Of a stretch of DNA of 64,000 bases, positions 35,438 through 47,945 are shown piece after piece. The stretch is from Bispira polyomma (taxonomy: Eukaryota): the NCBI GenBank assembly GCA_965649765.1, contig OZ287752.1, positions 87,482,001 through 87,546,000 of the forward strand, given 5' to 3'. The translations under genes and the position numbers were made by a program. The notes beneath the pieces were generated by a model. The model was not told where the DNA came from, searched no databases, and saw nothing but the letters and a program-made list of their open reading frames with translations. The first letter of the stretch is position 1, and the number at the start of each line of letters is the position of its first letter.

Positions 35438-35972
35438 CTATTCTTATCACTGCCGATTAGCCGTCTAGTCCTGACTTCACTAATCACTGTTCCTATCACT
35501 GCTGATTAGCTGTCTAGTCGTCACTTCCCTAATCGCTATTTCTATCACTGCCGATTAGCCGTCTAGTCCTGACTTTACTAATCACTATTCCTATTACTGC
35601 TGATTAGCTGTCTAGTCGTCACTTTCCTAATCACTGTTCCTATCAGTGCCGATTAGCCGTCTAGTCGTCACTTCCCTAATCACTATTCCTATCACTACCG
35701 ATTAGTCGGCTATTCTTCACTTCCTAATCACTATTCCTATCACTGCCGATTAGTCGTCTAGTTGTCACTTCCTAATCACTATTCCTATCACTGCCTATTA
35801 GCTGTCTAGTCGTCACTTCCCTAATCACTATTCTTATCACTGCCGATTAGCCGGTTAGTCGTCACTTCCCTAATCACTATTCCTATCACTGCCGATTAGG
35901 CGTCTAGTCGTCACTTCGCTAATCACTATTCCTATCACTGCCGATTAGCCGGCTAGTCCAGACTTCCCTAAT
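35438..35972. repeat. 49-bp minisatellite, ~11 copies
   Basis: TTCCTATCACTGCCGATTAGCCGTCTAGTCGTCACTTCCCTAATCACTA at 35441, 35490 and onward. Confidence 0.95.
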
Positions 35973-36313
35973 AGCTATAATGTTCCTACTTACAATATAT
36001 CGGTCAATTTTGGATGTTGATAACAGCATTGATAGAAGAGGCGCTTCCCAGGAGAGCATCCTAAGAAATAACAGAATTTTCCAGGGATGGTAGGCTCGGC
36101 CGCTAAGCCAAACAGGATATTAGAGAGCACTAGCAGCATTAGGAGGTGATGGGGGCCACTCCCTGTATTACAGAGCATCAGACCACTCATCATCTTTAGA
36201 ATGGAGCTACACTTGTTGTCTTCACAACCTACAAACACAAGTGTGCTAACTAGCATAGAAAACATTAAGTACACAGAGGAGTTCGCCCACTCCTAGTGTA
36301 GGTATCAAACTAC

Positions 36314-36630
36314 TCCATGGCCTATCGGTTAGAGTGTTTGACTTTGAATCACAGGGTCCCAGAGGGTCCCAGTTCGATCCTTGCTGCAGGTCTGGAGAGT
36401 GTGCCGTTGGACAAGAGGCTTTACACAAAGTTGTCCCTCTCTAACAAAGTGTATAAACAGGTACCTGGCCACAAATTAGTGTGCTGTATGTGGCATGGCA
36501 GCTAGTATGCTTCCTGAGGGAGCTGAGTTTGGTTTACCAGGGAAAGAACCCATGCTGGGGGTAAAAAATGTAAAATCACATGAGACCTCATTGGAAATGA
36601 TATCCGACTATAAACCTACACACATTTACT
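36314..36630 (+). mobile_element. tRNA-derived SINE family 2 with a CORE-like central domain
   Basis: A box TGGCCTATCGG and B box GTTCGATCC, then TTGGACAAG..CACAAAGTTGTCCCTCTCT..GTGTATAAACAGGTACC and AGTATGCTTCCTGAGGGAGCTGAG. Homologous to 58795-59037. Confidence 0.75.
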
Positions 36631-36926
36631 GCTATGCAGATGACACCTACAAATATACACCTCCCCTGGACATTAAACCTGTCAACCTACCCTCTTTAGT
36701 TTCTTCACAATGGAATACTCAAAGAAATAATGATTATCACTGAAACACTTGTTTGAGGTAAAACTAAATGTATATTTGCAGAAATTCATTTTTCAATCAA
36801 TTTTAGTGCAATGACGAATTATGATAAAGCTATAAAATCAATTAGAAAAGATATCTAAGGCACAGTTGAAAATGAAAATATCAGTGATCGAAATAATTAC
36901 CAACCCCAATAATGTTTGTACATGTA

Positions 36927-37990
36927 ATGTTCACACTGTCTACATTCTCGAACCGTTTGAGTCCCGTACTGAAAACTTGTGCAAATTGGAGTAAACATCT
37001 GGGCATAAACTGGGCATAAATGGGTGAGATCGGCAAGAACATGTCAAAAACTTAGGTGTGTGGTCGGCTCTGGGAGCACATCTTGAGAGAACTGAAGAAA
37101 AGGGCTGTGTTTGAGGCATGAGCAGGGTATAAACGGGGCTTAAACTGGTCAGAACTTGTATAAAGGGGGCTTAAGGTTGTTCACCACCATTTTTTTTCTA
37201 AAAAAAAAACATTTCAATATATTTTCATGAAAATTGCACAAAATGTGCTTTGTTAAATTGTCTATGTCGAATGATGTGTCATTTTGTCTTTTTTTAGCTA
37301 CTCTGCTATAAATATAATGTTTATCTTCAGAAAAATTTGAGATGTTTCCTATTATTTCAATAGAAACAAAAGGTTTTAGGCCCTAAAAATTCTAAACAAA
37401 CTGAAATTTAAAAAAATTTAGCGTGGTGACCCCCTGTTTTTTTTTTCTCATATTTAGTTACAGTTTGTAATTTACCACAGCTGGGGAGAAAAAAATTAAA
37501 TTCTGTGGAATTTTATGGAATTTTCTCTTCCCAAAACAGCCTTTTCCATTGAAAACAATAGGCAAATGAATGGAAATACAAACCATATTTAAAGCTCTGT
37601 AGGTTTTAAAAAAGCCTGGTGTGATATAGTTTTTTTAATACTTTTGTTCAACATATTAATCAAGCTTTTCACAAAAAATTTTTTTTGAAAATCTGTGGGG
37701 TAAAAAAAATGGTAGCGAACAACCTTAAACTGCTTGGAACTTGTGTGATCTGGCGAGAACTTGAGTAATTGGGTGTAATCGGTGAAAACGTTACATGAAC
37801 ATGTGATGAACTGCTTAGATCTGGTCATGTCTAAGAATAAATTTTTCATAAATGGGTGAGATCTGGTCAAAACTTGGCAAAACGGGGCATAAACCAGGAT
37901 GCAAATATATGTAAATGCAAAAAAAAAACATTTTCCCGCCATTCTCTCCCGACCAGCCAAGTTCTAATGGTCGAGAGTAAATGACCAACA
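36927..37990 (+). mobile_element. Harbinger-like non-autonomous element (family of 44347-44832) split by a TTAA insertion
   Basis: Both flanks (36927-37174 and 37725-37990) align colinearly with 44347-44832, e.g. CTGAAAACTTGTG, AGCACATCTTGAGAGAAC, AACTTGTGTGATCTGG and CATTTTCCCGCC. Confidence 0.75.
37175..37724. mobile_element. 550-bp non-autonomous DNA transposon with TTAA TSD (Kolobok-like)
   Basis: TTAA|GGTTGTTCACCACCATTTTTTTT ... AAAAAAAATGGTAGCGAACAACC|TTAA: a 23-bp TIR with 2 mismatches and purine (GG) termini. Confidence 0.88.
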
Positions 37991-38550
37991 TCAGGGCCCC
38001 GTTTATTCCCCACCCTACCTAATACCCCATACTACACCCTACCCACTCTAATCCTATTATTACTGATTTTCTCCAGAGGAGTCAGTATTTTGCAAGAGAG
38101 TCAGAATAGAGCAGACCCCCCAAAAAGACCCCAGAAATTATAATTGACTCCTATTAGAATGTGTTAAGTATTGGACATTTGAATAACAAATACAATTTTA
38201 ACCTAAAGATATTTGTGTATTATAGAATAAAATACTTGTACAAGAGTTCATATGCAGATACAAAAAGGCCACTCAATATCGTATATCAGGCCAACTTATC
38301 CTTTACAACTTACTAAGTGTTCTTGAAAAGGTAAAAAGAAACGATACAAATTCTTCTATAAAACTTTTCAACAAAGTGATGATAATTGTTTTTGTTTTTT
38401 TGTTTTTTTTTGATGTGTAAAATAAAGTGGATGCAACAGCTAGGGACACACAGCGACTTGATTGAAATATATGGAACATTTTATTTAAAGCTTGTTAAAA
38501 ATCTTTTGCAGACAATGCACTTATTTGGTTCCAACACCAAACTTTATTTA

Positions 38551-41500
38551 CCATTTTAGATACTAGAGAATGCTTATTTACACATCTCATTTGAGATACT
38601 TCAGAATGCTTATTTACACATCTCATTTTAGATATTTCAGAATGCTTTTTTACACATCTCATTTGAGATACTTCAGAATGTTCCTTTACACATCCCATTT
38701 TAGATACTTCAGAATGCTCATTTACACATCTCATTTTAGATACTTCAGAATGTTCCTTTACACTTCTCATTTTAGATACTTCAGAATGCTCATTTACACA
38801 TCTAATTTTAGATGCTTCAGAATGCTCCTTTACACATCTCATTTTAGATACTTCAGAATGCTCATTTACACATCTCATTTTAGAAACTTCAGAATGCTCA
38901 TTTACACATCCCATTTTAGATACTTCAGAATGCTCATTTACACATCTCATTTTAGATACTTCAGAATGCTCATTTACACATCTGATTTTAGATACTTCAG
39001 AATGCTAATTTACACATCTCATTTTAGATACTATTAGAATGCTCCTTTACACATCTCATTTTAGATACTTCAGAATGCTCCTTTACACATCTGATTTTAG
39101 ATGCTTCAGAATGCTCCTTTACACATCTCATTTTAGATACTTCAGAATGCTCATTTACACATCTCATTTTAGAAACTTCAGAATGCTCATTTACACATCC
39201 CATTTTAGATACTTCAGAATGCTCATTTACACATCTCATTTTAGATACTTCAGAATGCTCATTTACACATCTGATTTTAGATACTTCAGAATGCTAATTT
39301 ACACATCTCATTTTAGATACTATTAGAATGCTCCTTTACACATCTCATTTTAGATACTTCAGAATGCTCCTTTACACATCTCATGTAAGATACTATTAGA
39401 ATGCTCATTTACACATCTCATTCATCTGATTTTAGATACTTCAGAATGCTCCTTTACACATCTCATTTTAGATAATTCAGAATGCTCATTTACACATCTC
39501 ATTTTAGATACTATCAGAATGCTCATTTACACATCTCATTTTAGATACTTCAGAAGGCTCATTTACACATCTCACTTTAGATACTTCAGAATGCTCATTT
39601 ACACATCCCTTTTTAGATACTTCAGAATGCTCATTTACACATCTCATTTTAGATACTTCAGAATGTTCCTTTACACATCTGATTTTAGATACTTCAGAAT
39701 GCTCATTTACACATCTGATTTTAGATGCTTCAGAATGCTCCTTTACACATCTGATTTTAGATACTTCAGAATGCTCATTTACACATCCCATTTTAGAAAC
39801 TTCAGAATGCTCATTTACACATCCCATTTTAGATACTTCAGAATGCTCATTTACAAATCTCGTTTTCGATACTTCAGAATGCTCCTTTACACATCTCATT
39901 TTAGATACTTCCGAATGCTCAATTACACATCTCATTTTCGATACTTCAGAATGTTCCTTTACACATCTGATTTTAGATACTTCAGAATACTCATTTACAC
40001 ATCTGATTTTAGATACTTCAGAATGCTCCTTTACACATCTCATTTTAGATACTTCAGAATGCTCATTTACACATACTTCAGAATGCTCATTTACACATCC
40101 CATTTCGGATACTTCAGAATGCTCATTTACACATCTCATTTTAGACACTTCAGAATGCTCCTTTACACATCTCATTTTAGATACTTCCGAATGCTCAATT
40201 ACACATCTCATTTTCGATACTTCAGAATGCTCCCTTTACACATCTCATTTAAGATACTATCAGAATGCACCTTTACACATCTCATTTTAGATACTTCAGA
40301 ATGTTCATTTACACATCTGATTTTAGATCCTTCAGAATGCTCCTTTACACATCGCATTTAAGATACTATCAGAATGCTCATTCACACATCGGATTTTAGA
40401 TACTTCCGAATGCTCCTTTACACATTTGATTTTAGATACTTCAGAATGCTCATTTACACATCCCATTTTAGATACTTCAGAATGCTCATTTACACATCTC
40501 ATATTAGATACTATCAGAATGCTTATTTACACATCTCATTTTAGAAACTTCAAAATGCTCCTTTACACATCTCATTTTAGATACTTCAGAATGCTCCTTT
40601 ACACATCTCATTTTAGATACTTCAGAATGCTCATTTACACATCTCATTTAAGATACTATCAGAATGCTCCTTTACACATTTGATTTTAGTTACTTCAGAA
40701 TGCTCATTTACACATCTCAATTTAGATACTTCAGAATGCTCATTTACACATCTCATTTTAGATACTTCAGAATGCTCATTTACACATCTCATTTTAGATA
40801 CTATTAGAATGCTCATTAACACATCTCATTTAAGATACTATCACAATGCTCATTTACACATCTCATTTTAGACACTTCAGAATGCTCCTTTACACATCTC
40901 ATTTTAGATACTTCCGAATGCTCAATTACACATCTCATTTTCGATACTTCAGAATGCTCCCTTTACACATCTCATTTAAGATACTATCAGAATGCACCTT
41001 TACACATCTCATTTTAGATACTTCAGAATGTTCATTTACACATCTGATTTTAGATCCTTCAGAATGCTCCTTTACACATCGCATTTAAGATACTATCAGA
41101 ATGCTCATTCACACATCGGATTTTAGATACTTCCGAATGCTCCTTTACACATTTGATTTTAGATACTTCAGAATGCTCATTTACACATCCCATTTTAGAT
41201 ACTTCAGAATGCTCATTTACACATCTCATATTAGATACTATCAGAATGCTTATTTACACATCTCATTTTAGAAACTTCAAAATGCTCCTTTACACATCTC
41301 ATTTTAGATACTTCAGAATGCTCCTTTACACATCTCATTTTAGATACTTCAGAATGCTCATTTACACATCTCATTTAAGATACTATCAGAATGCTCCTTT
41401 ACACATTTGATTTTAGTTACTTCAGAATGCTCATTTACACATCTCAATTTAGATACTTCAGAATGCTCATTTACACATCTCATTTTAGATACTTCAGAAT

Positions 41501-42744
41501 GCTCATTTACACATCTCATTTTAGATACTATTAGAATGCTCATTAACACATCTCATTTAAGATACTATCACAATGCTCATTTACACATCCCATTTTAGAT
41601 ACTTCAGAATGCTCCTTTACACATCTCATTTTAGATACTTCAGAATGCTCATTTACACATCTCATTTAAGATACCATCAGAATGCTCATTTACACATCTG
41701 ATTTTAGATACTTCAGAATGCTCATCTACACATCGCATTTTAGATACTTCAGAATGCTCATTTACACATCGCATTTTAGATACTATCAGAATGCTCATTT
41801 ACACATCGCATTTTAGATACTATCAGAATGCTAATTTACACATCTCATTTTAGATACTTCAGAAGGCTCATTTACACATCGCATTTTAGATACTTCAGAA
41901 TGCTCATTTACACATCTGATTTTAGATACTTCAGAATGCTAATTTACACATCTCATTTTAGATACTATTAGAATGCTCCTTTACACATCTCATTTTAGAT
42001 ACTTCAGAATGCTCCTTTACACATCTCATTTAAGATACTATTAGAATGCTCATTTACACATCTGATTTTAGATACTTCAGAATGCTAATTTACACATCTC
42101 ATTTTAGATACTATTAGAATGCTCCTTTACACATCTCATTTTAGATACTTCAGAATGCTCCTTTACACATCTCATTTTAGATAATTCAGAATGCTCATTT
42201 ACACATCTCATTTTAGATACTATCAGAATGCTCATTTACACATCTCATTTTAGATACTTCAGAATGCTCATTTACACATCCCATTTTAGAAACTTCAGAA
42301 TGCTCATTTACACATTCCATTTTAGATACTTCAGAATGCTCATTTACAAATCTCATTTTAGATACTTCAGAATGCTCCTTTACACATCTCATTTTAGATA
42401 CTTCCGAATGCTCAATTACACATCTCATTTTCGATACTTCAGAATGTTCCTTTACACATCTGATTTTAGATACTTCAGAATGCTCATTTACACATCTGAT
42501 TTTAGATACTTCAGAATGCTCCTTTACACATCTCATTTTAGATACTTCAGAATGCTCATTTACACATACTTCAGAATGCTCATTTACACATCCCATTTCG
42601 GATACTTCAGAATGCTCATTTACACATCTCATTTTAGACACTTCAGAATGCTCCTTTACACATCTCATTTTAGATACTTCCGAATGCTCAATTACACATC
42701 TCATTTTCGATACTTCAGAATGCTCCCTTTACACATCTCATTTA
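38551..42744. repeat. 36-bp satellite TTTACACATCTCATTTTAGATACTTCAGAATGCTCA, ~115 copies, with higher-order duplications
   Basis: 12-aa periodic ORFs on both strands. Block duplications of 289 bp and 727 bp, and a block repeated 2493 bp apart. Confidence 0.97.
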
Positions 42745-43041
42745 GAGGTAACAGACTTTCTGTTTCAACTGTTAAACCCTCAAGGAAGGTGGGATTAAGA
42801 GCTTTCTCTACTGCAGAACCCTTGTTATGGAACAGTTATGCTCAGATCACAAGAAACACCCATCGGTTTTAGGAAAAAGCTTCAAACCTGTCTGTTTAGC
42901 CTTGCTTACCCACCTGAGTTCCCTCCTGTACACCCCCATATTCATCCTTATGACTTTGCTACATAATTGGATCACTGTTTTTGTGCTTTAGAAAGAGCCT
43001 AGCATCAATAAAGTGCTTTAAAAACGTATAATAATAATAAT
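42745..43041 (+). mobile_element. 5'-truncated L2/CR1-group LINE 3' end
   Basis: G.RAFSTAEPLLWN...FRKKLQTCLFSLAY, then a 3' UTR with AATAAA and a (TAA)n tail at ~43029-43041. Confidence 0.7.
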
Positions 43042-44346
43042 ATATGCATATATATACGTGTGTACAAAAGTACTCAAATATGTACACCCCATTTTGTTCT
43101 TGTATTGTTATATATATATTATACTAGGAAGGGAAAATGTTCTTATGTAAATAATTGTAACATTGCTACATTGCTGTGAATTGTGATATTATAATACAAA
43201 CTGAAACCAATTTTAAAAACCTTCAGCGGCCTACCAATCTGAGAAAGAATATTCTCTGAACACCCTGAACAGATTACACCATCATACCCTCTGTTTAAGG
43301 TCATATGTCCATGGTAATGTTATAAGAACTGAGTCAAATGTTGAATGACATAAATCAGAAATTTGTAAATTGTTTACCTAATCCCATTGCCATAAATACA
43401 GAATTGTTGGAGACTTCCTCCCTTATCTCATTGCTGTAGGGTTTCGCTTCTGTGGTTGTGGGTTTGAACCTTGGGCTGCAACAAGCACGGCAGGTGTGAA
43501 CCTTGGTTGACCAGTTCACCTATATGCTGCTTTCCTTAGTCAGTAAATTGACTGTTATGACACATAATACAGTTCTGTTCAAAGTGGAATTTCGGCTCAT
43601 AAAATTCAAAGTGTTGACTCACCATAAGAGCCAATGTGGAACTTTCCTTTGAGAAGCTGCTGGTGTGGTCTTCTCTAGTCTAAGCTGGTTTCCAGAGCTT
43701 GTGTAGAAGTCGAGTGGTATATCCTGTCCTGTTAGGGCTGACTAGTCAGACACCTGCCTCAGGTCCCCCTATAAATATATATACCAACACACACACACAC
43801 ACACACCACACCAGTAACAAACGGCCACACACACCCACGACCCTTTATAACAAACCCTATCAGAAGCATTTGTAATACAATGTGTGATTAGCTAAGGAGA
43901 TAGTGCTTATCTTTTTAATGAAACACTTCCCATTACCAAAAACTCCATCGAAAAGATCTCATTGTCGGGGTTAAATGAAACAGACAGTATCAGATAGGGA
44001 TGCTTGCTTTATGATGTACAAAAATAACATTTGGCTGGCTTTGTTGTCATCAGCTAATTCTAGATCTGAAATATATAAAGATGACTGGATTTCACATTCT
44101 TGGATTATTTGTCTGAAAAAAAGTAACCTCTTACTAAAAGTACTTGATGACTCTTTAGAGCTCTACTTTGTATATATTGAAATCACCTTTCTATTTCTCT
44201 TTTACTGTAGGGAGTCTTTTTCTAACTCTGCGGAGTTTTGCCATGTTTTGATCGCTATGCCCATAAATGTAAACACATCAAGAACTCTAAGTAAAGGCAA
44301 ACTGGCCAAATACTAATAGCTTACTTTCTATACAGCTTACTTTCTG

Positions 44347-44832
44347 ACCATTCACACTGTCCGCCTTCTCGGAGCTGTTCTTCACCCGTTCTGAAAACTT
44401 GTGAGAACTTGAACAAACACCTGAGAACTGGGAAAAAACGGATGTAGAATTGGGGCGAACGGCAAGAACAGGAGCGAATTTTGAACATGTTCAAAACTTC
44501 CGTGGGTGGACGGCTCTGAAAGCACATCTTGAGAGAACTTGAGAGAACGGCAATGCCAGGGCGTAACTGGGAGTTGAACTGCTCAGAACTTGTGTAATAC
44601 TGCTTAAAACTTGTGTGATCTGGTCAGAACTGGAGAGAACTTTAGAAAACGTAACATACCTGGGCATAAACGGGGCTAAATAGGTCTAAAACGGATCAAA
44701 AATGGGGGATGCAAGTATATGCAAATGCAATGAACATTTTCCCGCCTTTTCTTGCAAGTTTGGCCAAGTTCAGCCAAGTTCTTCAGGTCTTGAGTAAACG
44801 GCAATGCCGGGGCGTGAACTTGTGAATGCACC
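44347..44832 (+). mobile_element. Harbinger-like non-autonomous element, uninterrupted copy
   Basis: Terminal CATTCACA...TGTGAATG inverted motif, internal GAACTTG repeats, and colinearity with 36927-37990. Confidence 0.7.
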
Positions 44833-44844
44833 ATTAGATTCTGA

Positions 44845-45070
44845 ACTGAAAACCAGCAACCATCGGCAAGTAACTGCTAATTTTACCACTTTAAGCCCCG
44901 GCTGAGTTTCAAACCTGGACCATAGAGGTGGGAGATGGGTGTATTAGCACTGTGCCCCCTTACATGTCTAAGTTAATCTGCTATGTACTCTGCCACTCCT
45001 GGTTCAAATCTCGGCCAGGGCTTTAAGTGTGAAAGTTGCCATTTACTTGCCAATGGTCACCGGTTTCCAG
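44845..45070. mobile_element. Two old SINE fragments of one family in inverted orientation
   Basis: Minus-strand GGTTTGAAACTCAGCCGGGGCTTAAAGTG..TTACTTGCCGATGGT (44845-44960) and plus-strand GGTTCAAATCTCGGCCAGGGCTTTAAGTG..TTACTTGCCAATGGT (44990-45070). Confidence 0.55.
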
Positions 45071-46548
45071 TGTAAAATCTTGGCAAAAAAAGACTATATG
45101 ATAGTGAAGTAGGTAAATCTAGGTACATCTGTTGAGATTTGCAGAATACTAGCCATAATCTCAAAGCTTCCAATAGCTACTACCTGAAGAGAAATAAGTC
45201 ACTTTAACACCAGGAGAGGGGTGTTTCTTAGAGAGATTATGGTACTGAAGATTAGGGAATAGGAAGACCAGCCCATTAAGGAAGCAGAGAAGTTTGTGAA
45301 GGGAGGCGGTATCTGATGTGTAGAAGGGGGTTAATATGATAGCGAGGTTGTGATAAGTAAGGAAAAGAGGGAGGCAGCTCCCTACCAACAGGGAGGGGGG
45401 TTGGGGCGGGGGACATTTAGATCCAATCAGTGAGAGTTATGACAGGGGCTTATCTTGTGTCTGTGTGTGGTATACAGTCGGCTCGACTGGGAACTGCTCT
45501 TTATGAAAGCTCGGCAGACTGCATATCACTTGAAAACAATACTTCTACTTTGAGAACAAAACAATTTTATTTATTTTTGTATTTTGTCCTTCTCCTAAAA
45601 GATATAGTTCAGATGTAATGTCACAATTGTCTTCAAATGTTGTATGTATGTTTTTTCTATGCATGGTACTTCCTTGCCGCTTTCACTCCATATACAATGT
45701 GTAATTATAGTAGATATAAACACAGGTTAGTCTTATATATATTGGAGTCAAACTTCCGATTTGGCAAATCTTTAGATGGGCTAAAGCCAAACTTAGGATC
45801 CTAAATTTGGAAGCCTCTTTTAGGGTTAGACCATCTTAAGATGGGCTAGCCCAACTTAAGATTGGCCAGGAAAACTAGCCAAACTTGAGATTGGATTAAA
45901 ATTGAAAACTTAAGATGAGATCTTAAATGTTTGAATTGTATAATAATTAATTTACATGATGATGATTCAATGTTATATTTAAGTATTGACATTTTTAAAG
46001 TTTAATAATAAATGTTCCAATTATTGCTTGTTTTAGTGTTCCAATAATAATTTAGTGTTCCAATAATAAATGTTCCAATTAATGCTTGTTTTAGTGATAA
46101 ATTTACATTTATGATGTATATTATATGAGTGTAATTCTCTTCTAAAAATTGCCCCAAATTGCTGAAAGGTTACAATAAGCTTATCTTTTCACTGTGCTTT
46201 TTAATACACTAATTCAGGTTCAAAATTCATTATTGAATATTCATAACTAATACTTAAAATATATGACTTGTTTTAATGATGAATTTATATCAATTACATT
46301 TATAATTTTATTATATAATTACTATGCCTTTTTCACAGATTGATTTAAAATACCTTGATATAATGAGAAGCCATGTATAGCTTGATTTGTTTGTAGGGAC
46401 TAGAACTATGATTAAGTGGCTTAACTGGCTTTTGTGTTGGTAATCATATCCACCCTTTGATGAATGAAATTAAATAGGAAGCCACCACTCTATGTTATTT
46501 TGTCACTCAGCAATCTCACCAGAGGAAATTGTCTCTCCACCTCTGACA

Positions 46549-46796
46549 GGGACCGTGGTGGCATAGTGGTTAGCAAGCATTGCGCTTCACAATCACTGGT
46601 CTCTCACCTCTGGGCGGCGTGAGTTCGAATCCCATCGATGCCTATGTGGGAAAGGTGGTAGTTCCTTACTGTGGGCTGCTGGTTTCAGTGCAGAACTTTG
46701 ATCAACTGTATGCAGTGTTCCTCCAGCGTTTCCAACTACCTGTCCCAATATAACCTAAACAGGTACTAGAGTGGACATTAAATATCCAAATTTAAA
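46549..46796 (+). mobile_element. tRNA-derived SINE family 1, copy C
   Basis: A box TGGCATAGTGG and B box GTTCGAATCCC. The body matches copies A and B. No clear TSD. Confidence 0.9.
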
Positions 46797-47659
46797 GTTT
46801 CAGCACTTGCTGAATGCAATGGTCTTCCCGTTAGTCTTTACACTGAGACAAGAATTACTAGCTTTAGGCAAAAGCTCTAAACACTTTTCTGCTCTTAACT
46901 TTCGTCTGCTGGTGACGACTGAACTCTGATCACAAACATTTTCTCCTGTCAGACTATTCTTTTGCATATCGACTTAGATGTGCACCACAGAGGATGCCTG
47001 GTCAATAATTGTGGCTATAGAAGTAAAAGTATAAACATCATTAATAAGAATGAACAATAGCTGTATGTTTGTCAGACATTGTATTAGAAAGTCCCATTAA
47101 CAAAGAGAAGTGAATAGTAGACTACATTGAATTCACAAACTACATCCCTGGATGGGCACTGCAGGACCTCGACAGGGGACTGCTACTCCAGTCCACCTCC
47201 ACACCCTTGAAAATTCTTACAAACCTTAAATTCATTTTGCTATATTTCCTCTTTAATCATTTCCTCTGTCTATCACCCATTTGCACCAATCATCTGCTCT
47301 CTCACCTGATACTACCCAGTTTACTTTGCCGGGAATCCATTTGACATATGAAAACTTTACAGACGATTGAACTTGGTTGGACGGGGATATAAGAGATATG
47401 GCGAAACAATTTGACAAAGTACATGTTTTCCTTCAAATCAGATTCTCCATTTTCATCCTCAAACAACATTTAAGAATTTATTGATAAAGTCATTTAATGG
47501 ATTCGATTTTTATCACGATTTTAGTTTGTTTTATATTTACACATGCATGACTTCACACATTTACGTGAAATACACGAATGTGGACAGGATGGACACCAAT
47601 AACAAACACAAAAAATAAACAGTCCGCAAAGAAGCAGGTGATAAACAATGGGGACATAT

Positions 47660-47945
47660 CTGCGGCTGTAACCTCGAAAAAAAAAAACTCCAAAAACTCC
47701 AGCTCAGACTCCAGCTCAACTCTAAGATTTGGGCTCATTTCAGTTTTACTCAGTTTGGTATTCTCAAACACATTTTTACTCAAGCTCAGATGCTTTTTTT
47801 TTCTCAGTTTGGTATTCTCAAACACATTATTCCTCAAGCTCAGTTGAGATTTTTTCTCATCTCAGACGAGCGTCTAGACATGTTAGCACAGGTCCAAAAT
47901 AACAACAGACCAATCAAACTTACTGTTATATTTTGGACCTGTGGT
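47660..47945. mobile_element. Dispersed repeat related (inverted) to 32250-32445
   Basis: TCTAGACATGTTAGCACAGGTCCAAAATAACAACAGACCAATCAAACTT is the reverse complement of ~32366-32413. Both regions carry CTCAAC/GTTGAG-rich flanks. Confidence 0.6.

Noticed and set aside
38551-42744. 36-bp repeats of CRISPR-like length
   Set aside because: The units are head-to-tail with no unique spacers, there are no cas genes, and the context is eukaryotic. The same applies to the 46-, 49-, 48- and 43-bp arrays.
46549-46640. tRNA gene (A and B boxes)
   Set aside because: There is no proper cloverleaf or oligo-T terminator after the B box, and it continues into a ~250-bp body shared with TSD-flanked copies, so it is a SINE head.
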